This document shows positions 48,701 through 60,200 of a DNA stretch of 64,000 nt, piece after piece. Source of the stretch: Amoebophrya sp. A120 (Eukaryota; Protista; Dinoflagellata). The position numbers and the translations under genes were made by a program. The DNA is taken from positions 1,443,984 through 1,507,983 of the forward strand of contig CAJINV010000014.1 in the NCBI GenBank assembly GCA_905178155.1, given 5' to 3'. Positions within the stretch are counted from its first letter, which is position 1, and each line of letters begins with the position of its first letter. The notes beneath the pieces were generated by a model. That model saw only the letters and a program-made list of their open reading frames with translations, did no database searches and was not told the DNA's origin.

Positions 48701-50560
48701 AAATTGCACGACGAGTGCGATACTTTTGCGCGGCATATTGGTTCCACCACGACAACTCCACAGCTTCGCCCGACCAAATAAAAAAGCGGCATTGCGGACG
48801 ATCGTGGTCGGACGATAGCCATGACTTTGAAAAATGGCTTGGCCCTTTCGTGCGTAGAAGCACTGTCTTACTGAACGCGTACATCGGTGATCTTCTGCTG
48901 TGCCATTCGCCCCCAGTTTCCCAACGCGCACTGGAGCTAGCGAGACCTCCAAGCGCGGACCTGGGTTTTCCAACACCCTGGTCGCTCACCGGTGTGGCGA
49001 TTTAACATGTGGTCTCGGCGATTCTCTTCACGAGCGCGCAGCTGGCTGGCGTGAATTTCCTGACCCGGAAGGGGATCGAGTTAACCGGAGGGGAGCGCGC
49101 ACAGATGGCGAATCAAACGGTGGGGACCGACATCCAGTCGACCACGACGTCCCTCCGCAATGATGAAAGAACGAATGACGCTGATCTCCAGCGCAAGCTC
49201 GTTGCAGTGTCTGCCCCCGTGTCCTTTCGGATGCATGAATGCAGCGGAGACGAAAACGTGCGTCTGTGGGATTTGGCGAAAGAGTACGCCTACAAGAGCG
49301 CTATCCGAGTGCACAACAAGGACAAGAGCTCGAACGCGTTGCTGCCTCCACTAGAAGCATCGTCGGGGGTTTCGAAACTTATCATGCTGTAAAATAAAAG
49401 ATGTAGAGCGCCAAGAAAAGGGATGACGTTATGTACTCAAAAGTAGGTGGCGCAGAGAATGTCTTCCGTTTCTTCTATTCGACTTCGGTATTTGCGTCCA
49501 ACATGACCACATATGAGGTAGAAGAGTGTCGGGGGGTCGGGTTGTGCACTCTCAGACACGCGGGTCTCAAGCCCCATGCCTACGCTGGTCGATTCTGGTG
49601 GTTGACCAGGGAGGAAAGCGCCGATATCATGAGGAAAAACGTCTTCCACAGCCCATACCCAGCATGAAAATGAATATATCTGCGGCTGGAAGATCAAGAC
49701 CTAGCCTCCCACTTCCTTCTGCACGTTCGCCACGATCGCAGATCCATGTTGCAAAGAGCCGCGCGGGAGATGCACTCCGCGGTAGATTTTTTTCTGGGTA
49801 TTATGCAAATTCGCATGACAAATCGAATTCGACACTGGGGGTGGAGAATCATACGTTTTTACACAGCATAGCGGACGCCACCGAGAAGCTGCGGACCTAC
49901 ATGGGGCCGGGCACCCTACCAGTGTTGGTCTTGGGGGATGTGGTGGACGTAACGGGAAGGGCAGACTGGCAGCAAAAACAATTCCGAAAACGTTTTGCCC
50001 TCGACTCCTGGAGAGGCTGGTGGCGCCGCTTTAAAAGCCCGGACATGCATCTGATGATGCGTTGCGAAAAGTGGGCTGACCGGGTGAACATTCGCGCCAT
50101 CTTGGCAATCGAGGAAAAAGACGTGGACCAGATTCGAAACGCCGTCCGGGCTGCGGTTCGCTTGGTGGCCAACAGTAAGAAAGAGCCGATGTCCAGCAGA
50201 AGTGGCGGAACCAGCAGCGCCGCGGGTTTCCCAGCGTCCGGTGTGGGCGAGGAGTCATCGTTTTCGGCGCATCAAGAAAAAACCGCAAGGGAAGCTGTAG
50301 CAGGCAGCCAGCAGCTTTTCGACGCATCAGAGGAACAGTCGGCGGCTCAATTTTCTGTACAAGAGGACTCTGTCTCTCAGTTGCCGTTGAAGCTGGTCGT
50401 AATGACGCTCGCGGAGGCCGACAAAGATCTCAAACTATTTGAGAACCGTGACAAGACGAAGGAGTGGATTCCGGCTGATCTGCTCGCAGAGTGGTACAAT
50501 CGAAACGCCATTGATTTTGCTTCAACCCAAGGACGGACAGCCGCAACTCCGAGCAGGTGA
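45753..50560 (+). CDS. Large hypothetical protein with N-terminal hydrophobic segment (multi-exon; two junctions unresolved)
   Basis: Coding blocks 45753-47055, 47747-47861, 48266-48498, 48743-about 49369, about 49447-49624, 49876-50560; GT-AG intron 47056-47746 and three exonic TIR elements. In-frame TAA at 49003 and the junction near 49370-49450 are not resolved. Confidence 0.6.
47086..47478. mobile_element. TIR element family G (about 53-bp TIRs) inside a canonical intron, with nested inverted repeats
   Basis: TATGGCCGTACTAAC...GTTAGTACGGCCATA; flanks GTTGA/ATTGA; inner 20-bp IR 47224-47243/47321-47340. Confidence 0.88.
47862..48260. mobile_element. TIR introner, family E
   Basis: TATGGCAGTGTCGGGTTCGAAAT...ATTTCAAACCAGACACTTCCATA; flanks AAGGG/CAGGG. 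Confidence 0.85.
48499..48737. mobile_element. TIR introner, family B (degenerate)
   Basis: TATGCTCGGTAAAAGTATCGC...GCGATACTTTTGCGCGGCATA; flanks TTGGC/TTGGT. Confidence 0.82.
49625..49870. mobile_element. TIR introner, family J (degenerate)
   Basis: TATCATGAGGAAAAACGT...ACGTTTTTACACAGCATA; flanks GCCGA/GCGGA. Confidence 0.8.
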
Positions 50561-51720
50561 CGCTGCAAATCAGGGCGCGACTAAGTCGAGTTTCTAGACG
50601 CGCCAGGAGAAGGACACCAGAAAGCCACTCCTTTACTCATGTAATGGCAGAGGAACAAGCAGTAGCGGCCAGAGCCAGTTGCGGTGCCTATCCTTTGTGA
50701 TGCGTCGACGCGCTCCCTCACTGCAGAGACAATGAAACTTAAACAAGAACTGAACTACAAGACCCGCCTTGGGCCAAAAGTTCTTTTCTGCCACATTTTT
50801 GCTTTATGCTTATTGTTATTCGTCAAGCATGTCCAGCTCCAGGTGCAGGAGGCTAATCTGACGCTGCAGCGTCTGATCATCATACTAAGTAACTCCCTGA
50901 TGTCCAGCGGCGCAGTTGCGCTTCCACTCGATGAGTACAGGTCTCGAGTGAGAGAACGAGAAGATGAGGAGTACCAGACTTCGTCACACGAGCAGATTTG
51001 ATTCGTCAGATCCTTGCACGCATATATGTTTTCATATCGCATTCGCACGTCGACTCACAGTCGTAGGCGGACTACCGCCCTGATCGCGATGTCGGTCGAA
51101 CTCGATTCGATATCAATAAATAATTAGAGGCAATAAAAGATGAGAAGTGTCTGCTCCTGAGAGTGAGACGTTCACTTTTCCACGAACACAGCTGCACCCT
51201 GCGAAGTGGTCTTTCCGTGCGAAGCCGAATTCTTGATGATACAAAAAGTGATTGCTCTACATCGACTTCGACGACCTCTGGTCTACAATACTAGTGAGAA
51301 AAGAAGGCTCTAGCACTAGCACTAGCTCGTCGTGGGTGTGAACGACGGGAAGAATAAAAAGCAGGATAAAAATTGATTCTGAGAAATATGCCCTCTGACG
51401 ACCGGACGGGCTCGGAGCCCGCGCAGCCTTCAAGGCTGCTTTCACCCGGGGCTCACATGAACCGCATGCGAATGAAGGCGAACGCACCATTGCACGTATT
51501 TTGCTTTTGGGTTTCTGTATCATTGCGACGTGTTTTGAGGTGGAAGTAGAAGGGTGCATATGTATCGTATAAATGAGCATGACAGGAGATGAAGAAACCA
51601 TAGCCCTCGTCGGTTCGAAGTTTTTACAGCATGCAGTTGCAAACCTTGATCGACGTTAGGTTCAAAAAAACAAAAAACGATTAGGTTCAAGCAAACACAG
51701 AGTTCAACCGGTATTACATG

Positions 51721-52721
51721 ATGGACGAGTGGCAGTTTGACAGTTCAAAAACAGCAATGAAGTCCGACTACCAGCACGCTTGCGATTTCCTGAAGAAAAG
51801 GTGGTCACCCGTGAGGAAAAAGTATTTTTCTATGACATAACCTCCAATTTTTATTTTTGTTTCCTGGCTGTCTCTGTCGTTCATTCACATTCTACATTTA
51901 CATTTTTTTCATGTTCACCTTACTTCTCCTCGTGCGCATGGGTCCGTCGTCGCTGTCCTCAATATATATGGTATGTGATTGTCTTTGTCATTCTCATTGT
52001 CTTTGTCCTCACTTGTCGTTGTGTTGTCTGATATAGAAAAAACCAAATATGTTTGCGGCACCATCTCTGCCCAAAAATAAACCAGGAAAGCGGACGTTCC
52101 CATCCCCTTCGACATGCGAGACAGCAAAAATGTGAAGACGCTGTTCGGGCACCCGTTTGCGCACAAGTTATCCCCAGAAAAAGTGTTAACGTTTACGGTT
52201 TTCGCAGATTGCAGCCATGCATCACAAATTTAGCCTAGTGTGCATGCTATGCATGACAAATTTGGGCACGCTTTGTGATGCATTGCCGCATCACAAATTC
52301 CTTAAACGTATAACACTTTTTCCTGTGATACCAGTGTGAGTCGCTTTACATCGACAGTTACCAATCCGACGCGTGGCATAGAAGAGGTATTATTTAATAT
52401 CGGAAGATGAAAATGACGCATTCTCGTGTCGCAAATGCTTGCAAACAGGTTCAGAGGAGGACGGGGGAGTATATCCAATCATATCGTCCTCATCGTCATC
52501 CGAATTATGAATCTTACCAACCAACAAATACAAAACTAGCCAGAAGTACTTCTAAAGGCGAAATAAATTTCAAACATATACAGAAAACGCAAAACCACTA
52601 TGCATCACCATCAGGTCTCCACAAGGCTCGGAAGGAGTGTGGTATAAATGGGCTATCCACCACGGATGTGACCAAAATGGCGGAGGGAATGGACCTGATG
52701 AAGAATGTGGTGCGGAAGTAA
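51721..52721 (+). CDS. Small hypothetical protein (about 106 aa, 4 exons)
   Basis: Exons 51721-51800, 52086-52168, 52336-52386, 52615-52721 (321 nt, in frame); two GT-AG introns and one TIR element. Confidence 0.6.
52169..52330. mobile_element. TIR introner, family H
   Basis: TATCCCCAGAAAAAGTGTTA...TAACACTTTTTCCTGTGATA; flanks CAAGT/CCAGT; several GCAT(C/G)ACAAAT motifs. Confidence 0.85.
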
Positions 52722-54200
52722 AGTAGAACAGGAGTAGGAGGTGGACCACTGCTGGAAGATTATTTCCTGCTGCTCGCACGGGAGAGGGACGGCGGCGAGG
52801 AACAAGATGAAAGGACGAGTTATGACCTCCTGGTGCTCATTCCGAACCAGAAATCAAAAAAAAAAAATGCACCACCTACTAATATGCTATTTGTCTTAAA
52901 ACCTTGTCTCCACGTAAAAAAAGCAACACTACGAATATTACTTTCATGAACATCAAACCACTGCACTTATTGCAAGAAATGAAACACAGCAGCACCACAT
53001 GGTTGCTGACTAGCTATCGCAAAGCTGCTTTCCGCAGCTATTGGAAGCTATGTCAATGAATAGATTTTTATGCGATGAACAGAAACAGTTTCAAATGCCA
53101 GGAAAATGAACAACAGTTTTAAGAATTTGCGCTATTTGTAGCCCTCGTTCTACTTTTCGCGCGAAGGAATTATGATCCGGAGGGTTTAGCTTTCGGTTCT
53201 TCTTGGGTAGTACTAGTTTGGCTACCTCCCGGACGGGGCGTCAGCTCGTCCTGTTGGTTGGACTACTACAACTTTCTATGTATATGAGCTGGACGAACTA
53301 CGCTTCGTCGTTGAAGAAGTTATTGTCGAACAAACAGAAACTGTACAATAGGAATAGTAATAGAGCAGGTTACTAGCAAAGAACAAAGGGCGTCGATATA
53401 ATAACACCCGCCTGCCCCTAACTGGGTGAGAGCAGGAGCAAGGTCTCTATTGTGCCAGCGGCGAAAGTCGACGTGCTGCACCGTACGCAGCCGGTAAGAA
53501 CCCACCTGCAGGAACGTGTTCGTCTACTATGTACTGCTTCATGGAGTTGGAGCCTCCATTCGAAGCTGCAAGAGGTTACTTGTGGTCCATCATGTCTGTG
53601 AGCTGCAGCAAGAGCAACCAGAGTAGAAGTAGGCCGCGAGCAATGACGAGGAAGCGCTAGTGGTTCTACTTTCGAGTTGTTGATATAGGAGATGATGAAG
53701 ATGATGTCTACCTGTGGACGCGTCTTCACAGTGTGCTATTTCAATTTCTAGAAATTTACTACTTCCTTTTATCCTTCTTGTCGCAGCTTGCGGCACTATC
53801 GTTTTTGTGAGAACTACTGGAGGTAGTTGTAGACAACTTCGGACTCTTCACACGCATCAAGAACCGGGGTATGTTTATCGCTCTCTGTTGAGATAAAAAT
53901 AAATCATACTTTTCGTAGTTCTACTTCTTCTTGCTACAACAACGTCAAATGTCGTGGTCGTTTGTGGAGCAGCAGCAGCACCCGCTGGTGCAAAGAGAAC
54001 GAAATTGATACCGTTTATTTCTTGCGACGATGTCACCGATGCATCTTCGCACCATGAAGAGGATTTTTAGAAGATCAATGAGCAAATAAGGCTGACGAGA
54101 CAGAGAAAGTGAAAAACCAAAAGAGGGGTCAGAGCCGTAGCCGCATCTATCTACTTGTACTTTGCAGTTGTATTGTTGACGGCGCTTTATTTTCAAAAAA

Positions 54201-57200
54201 ATGGCGTCCTCCTCGACTTCTCCGCCGCCGCCTGACTCGATGAACACCGCCAAGCTCGTCGAGGACCTGGAGAAGACCATTTACGCATGGCAAAAGGATC
54301 ACAGTCGCACTACCTAGTAGAAAACAAAATTCTTGCATGATGAAAATGAATCTTCTCCACTCCCGCCAAATTAATTGAAAACTTAAAAGTGCACCAGGCA
54401 AGGAAGAAAGCCACGACTCCCTGTAGAGAACCTCTTGGCCGCCGTCCCGTCTTACCATTTTTCACTTCGCTTGTTCACGTCACCTGAAGATTCATCTTCT
54501 TGACCTCCTACTTGGGAACCAGGAGAGAAGTTTGATGACATCACGCGTGCATGCAATCAGATTCAGAATCGGAAGTAAAAGTGCAGCTAGGATACAACTT
54601 TTGCGCCGGATACCACCCTGCAGAAGTTCAAGCTTAAATACAACAGCCAACCCGAGACCGGGATTATCAGGCACCTGAAGTACTACGACTTGACAAATAC
54701 CGGAAAGCTGGATTGGAAGTCGTTTCAAAAATCGATGGAGCAATACGCGATTGGGGCTCCGTTGGACGTTTTGCAGCTATTGTTCAACCGATACGCGAAC
54801 GCCACGAAAAACCCCCTGCAGTCCAACACCGGGTCGCTTCTACTGGAAATCCGGTCCTTCGCAAAATTTATCGTAGACGGAACCGTCCGGACGTATTACG
54901 CAAGTCTGGCAGAAACCCAAGAAAGCGCTGCAAATGGTGCGGCAATAAGGGAAGAAGTAAACGTACATGATAAAAATCTTTCTTGCAAAGTAGAAGTTCG
55001 GTGGAGATGTTGTCTAAATTTTAAAAATCAAGTGTTTTTTTTAATACTGCTTTTCTTTTTCAAGTGTTTCTTTAGTTGCTCGAAATGATCATGATAATTC
55101 GTCAACAAGAACACGTCGACTCTCAAGTTATTTGACAAGTAGAAACCTTTTATTCAACACCAGCCGCGCTCCACCGCTGGTTCATCCTCTCAGCGTTCCT
55201 CCACGGCGCCCCGCCCTCCCCACTCGCCGACAGCACCCTCGACGAAGACGGTGCCTGGTTTTCTGCGCGCGTTGCGGGAAAACTTGTTCCCCCGGGGCCC
55301 CGGGAAGGTGCTGGAACTCGTGAATTTGTTCATGCAGTACGACGAAAAAAACTACCGCGTGCTCCCGATAGAACTCCTGATGAGCATCCTGGATCAAAAG
55401 CTGAACTTGGTCGACGGCGCACTATGCGTTGCAAATGTGTAGTCTGGGGGTCGTGGGTAATTCGTGATGCGAAAGTTCAAGGACAACGACGAGATCTGTA
55501 TCATGGCGTAGAAAAGATCGCTCTGGCATGCAACACTCTTCAGCAAGAACACCAACTCGCTGCGTTTCTCCAGACGACCCAGACATGTCTGCCTTTGATA
55601 CGCGGGAGATTTAGACCCGCTTGCGTACAACAAAATCGACGGCCGCACCATGGCTCTGGTGTTGCCCACCTGGGCGGATCCGTACGACAGGAACCTAATT
55701 CTCTACGACGATTTCCTCGCTGAATTGAAGATTCCGCTCAACCACGAAAGAAGACAAGCGGTGCGGGCGGCGTACAGGAAATTAGACCCGGATCAGGAGG
55801 GGTTTGTAAACTTGAGCGATTTGGAACGGGCATACAATGTTAGCAGGTAAAAAAATTCGTGGTCGTGAGGATTGTTTTTTTTGCATCCCTGTAGTACTTC
55901 TTCGTTCATTTGTCGTATGGAAAAAAAGATCGAGAAGGTCTTGACGTAATTTATTCAGTGATGTTATCACTACCTTCAGACTAATAAACTCCACTTCCTC
56001 ATGAAATTCCAATCGAATCTGATAGAAGCAGGAGCTCCTCGCAGTGAAGATAATGATTCACAGCTGCACAAGATTCACGTCGTCACTACGTACATCCAAA
56101 AATATTGAACCTATCCCCCAGGCACCCTTACGCCGTGATGGGAGCTCAAGTGCCCGACTCCCTTTATAATGAGTTTCTGGACAGCCTGATGCACTTTCTC
56201 CAGTACCGCCGTGGGGTTTTGGACATCTCCAAGACGGCGGCGGGCGAGCGGATCCCCTGGGAGGAGTTCGAGGCCTACTATCAAAAGTAAAAATGTCTGG
56301 GTCTGGAAACTTGTAATGCTGGGTGGCGTCTCATGATGAGGCTACAGATGCTGGCTCAGCATGACAAGTTTCTGAGCTCCTAGGTGTTGCCTATTCTGCA
56401 TGACAAACTGCGCTTCTGCATCACAGAAAAGCGGAGCTCTTGGGTAACGTGCATGACAGACTTAAGAGTCATGCCAGACAAGCATGACAAACGTGAATTC
56501 TTCCAGAGGACCCAGACATTTTTACAGTTGATCCCTACTACGAAATGCTGAATGGTTGCTATCCCGAAGACACCACTTTTCTGTGCATCCTCACCAGGTG
56601 CTGGGATGTCGACAAGCCCTCTGTGGGTGGTACTGGAGTAGACAGGACTTCTGCCACCTCATCTGCCACTGCAGCACTCGGAGGTGGGGGCCAAGCCGGC
56701 GGCCCACCAGGAGCTGTGCTGGACTTCAACGGGTATGGGGAACAAAGTGCGGGGCAGCAGGTGACGGGGAAGATAAACAAGCAGAGTCAGCAGCAACAGC
56801 AAATGCTCGAAGACGAATATTACAGGCGGGACGCGATGCCGGCCGCCGGGCAAAAGGGGAAGGAACGGGTGGGGTTGCACCACTGGCAAGCGAACACCTT
56901 GGCGGAAAGCCACACGTACAGGAACGTCGGAGAAGTTGCCGATTTGAAGGTACTCGAGGAGACTACAGCACTGTCGTGGCGTTTGATAGTTTTCAGTTTT
57001 TCATCTTGAATTTATAGGAGGTTTGAGATTTTCGCAATTTTTTTTCTTATGTACTTTACTATCATGTTGCCTTGGTTCATTCTTGCTCGCTCGCATTTTT
57101 TTGCATGCTCCTTCCTACAGGGCATCTTCCGTGAGGCCTGCGAGTACCTGTCGCGCAAGGGCGGCGTGCGGATGGCGATGGAAGTGGTCCGCAACTACGT

Positions 57201-60200
57201 GCTAGCCGATGACAACCTGGATGACTATCTGGACCGGGCAGAATTTCGTAAAGCTAGCAGGGACTCGGGGCTACGGTTCACGCAGGACGAGGAAAGCGAC
57301 ATTTTCGATCTGCTTGGAGAGGTTACGGTATCACGGTTAATTGGACTTTGACTATCGATGAAATTTTTCCAGGTGGCGGAGCAAACCTTTTTGAAAAACG
57401 CATGACATACATAGCACAGAAACAAAAATTACGCAGACCAAACGCCCAGTGAAAAACCCGTCTTCCGACCCGCAGCCGGAGCGGCTCCTCCCCCTGTTTT
57501 CCTTTCTCCGCGCATTTTTCGACGGCGGTTTGAATGCAGCGCGCTACGACATTGTCCACGCCGCATGGGTATCAAATGTAAAAATGTCTGGGTCTGGAAG
57601 AGTCATGCTGTTTCTGCATGACACAGCAGGTGGGTTTTTTAAGTCGTTTTTTAAGATGGGTTTTTTTTGCAGAAATCACTTTTTTAAGATGGGTTTTTTC
57701 GTATTTAGGACTGTGCCATAGTAGATGACTTTACCGCTTTTTTACTTTTCTTTTATCCCTCAGCGCTGGTGGGTCTGCCGGCAAAATTATCCCTACTCAG
57801 ATAGCTACAAAGCTCATCCCGCAGCCGTCCCAGGAGCTCTTGTGGCTGTCTCTCGGTAGAGATCGCTTTGCCCGTGCTTATTCCACTCAGAGTTTGCTGG
57901 GTAGGTGGCTACCGTTTTAAGTTTATAAACGAATGGGACGCCCTGCCCTTAGCCTTCCAACATGACACAGCAGGTGCAGGTCTGGCATGCTGGAAGCTCT
58001 AGCATCACAGGTTTCGAGAAGCTTCCGCAATGCCGAACCCGCATGACAAATCCCCCACTTTGGTGACAGAAAGTGGGCAGCTTTTGCTACCCATGCATGA
58101 GAGATTTTTGTGTGTTCTGAAATGCGCATGACAAGTTGCTCTTCCAGACCCAGACATTTTTACATTTGATAATGGGCTCTGGTTGCCGGGGGAGACAGCG
58201 CCGTGATTCCGCCACAGAATTTGAGGCAACACCTATTGAGAGGAAAAATCCCCCCTCCCCATATTGAAAAGGTATGTTTCCAAAAATTTGTGTTGCGGAT
58301 TTGAGGTCACAAATCACATCTGTCTTGCAAGAAGACAAGGGCAGAAGCTTCCGCCTCATTATGGAAGCGATTTGCCACGCTGTTGAGCCTCAAGGGGAGC
58401 CGTTTGCCATGCTGAACAACTAGACCCATACGCCCCTACCTAGCCTGGGGATCTGGCCGCCATGCCTTTCTGCAATACAAAGCTGATCTGTGGCCACAGA
58501 TCAGCATCACAAATTTCCGTTTTGAATTTGATATGGGGAGGGGGGATTTTTCATTTTGATAACACCTCTCCTTTAGCACGCACCCGGAGGTGCTGCAGGC
58601 ACCGAGCGCCGAAGCAAGGGACAGGCTGACTCAGCAGCGTATACTCTTTCCTAGTTGATGATTTTATTTTAGTTTTAGAGCGAAAAATGTTTCTAGATCA
58701 TGTAAGGAAAGCAGCTTCAGGGCTGCATGCGCACGATAAGCACTTTTAGGTTTATTGGCCATTGTTTGTTCGTTTGCCTTTCGGTGCATCAAGTTGCAGC
58801 CGGTCGTACTACCGTGCGGCAGCCAGGCACGATTCTGATAGTGCTGAAATTCAAATGAATTCGAATTCCACATCAGTGACGACCGAGTTTCTGGACACTT
58901 TTTCTCTGTACGTGAACGTGACCGGAAGACTCAGCGAGGAGGGCAATCTGAACTTCGCGACGTTCCTCGGCTACTTCGAAATCTACTCCGCAATGATCAC
59001 ATCTGACGCCTACTTTGACGTCGTCATCCGCCGTATGTGGGGCCTCTCGTCTATTCCCTGAAAATTAACCATCTCCATCCAATTTGTCATGCAAAACATG
59101 TAGTAAAGTCTGTGCTTGTCATGCAAAAAGTGGATGGGGATGGTTAATTTTCAGGGAATATCGTCTGATAAGGACATCGAAGAAATCGACGGTCTGCCGC
59201 CAGTATCAAATGCAAATATTTTTACGTCTGGGTCTGGAAGATTAGATTGCAAGATTCATTTGCTACAGCGCTTGCCCGGCAACGGCATGACCATGATCGA
59301 AGACTCTGCGCTGCTCTATTGCATGCTCACGAGGAAGATGAGCTTCCTCTTCCTGCTAAGAACCTGTTATGCAAACACGCGGCTACCATGCGAAATAGGC
59401 AACAGATTGTATTTGTCGCCACACAAAAATCATAGTACTCATGACTTTCAACCTCATCTTCAACCTGTCAAAATCTTAATCTGTCCTGCTTGGCTGTGCA
59501 ACCTTGTAGTGCGGTCATTTTTATTCGCAGACTCGCGGCAGAACTTTCCAGGTGCAGACCCATATTTGCAATGTAAACCCAGTCCTGCCACAAGCCCCGA
59601 CCAGTCAGAAGGTCTCGCGGTCGTCAAAGTCCAATGTCAACGAAGACACCAGTAATTTGGATATGAAAGTGCACAACTCCATCTCCCCCTCGTCTTCTGA
59701 CTTCTGAAGGCGTACGAGTGTGAGAAGCATCAGCAACACAGTCGGCGACAGAATGAATGTGGGCCCCGCATGACAAGAAATTTTCCCCGCGGCGCGGATT
59801 GGAGTACTCTTTGAAAGCGGGCCAAAGTTTGTCTTGCAGAGAGTGCTTAATCTAAAAAAAAAAAGGCACAAACGAAACAGGATGTGGATTTGGTATTTTG
59901 CATTATACCAATGGGGGCCGCGGGAGTTGTGCGCTCTCATATTAAAGTACGCGGGTTTAGGATACGGCGCCAACCTTGCGAACGTATCGGACGGGAGGGG
60001 CTCGAATAAGGACGCAAAACAGTACCCGAATCCGACGTCCCCCATCTACGAATCCAGCCACGTGCGGGCGGCGCTCTTTCAGGAGCCTGTCAAGCTAAAC
60101 TCTGCGGACGACTACTTTCACCACCTCTGTCGCAGAATAAGAGGGATCTTGAGCAAGTACAGTATATTTAGTAAAAAGTGTTTTTATGCATTTTTTCGCA

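Noticed and set aside
49003-49005. Stop-codon reassignment as explanation for the in-frame TAA
   Set aside because: TAA, TAG and TGA all terminate other genes here, and long exons contain no in-frame stops
10705-58171. Recurrent peptides in the ORF track (KCKNVWVWK, KMSGSGR, FQTQTFL, QKYRTRI, GGIFPFD) suggesting a repeated protein domain
   Set aside because: They are translations of the element TIRs in various frames and strands, not protein motifs
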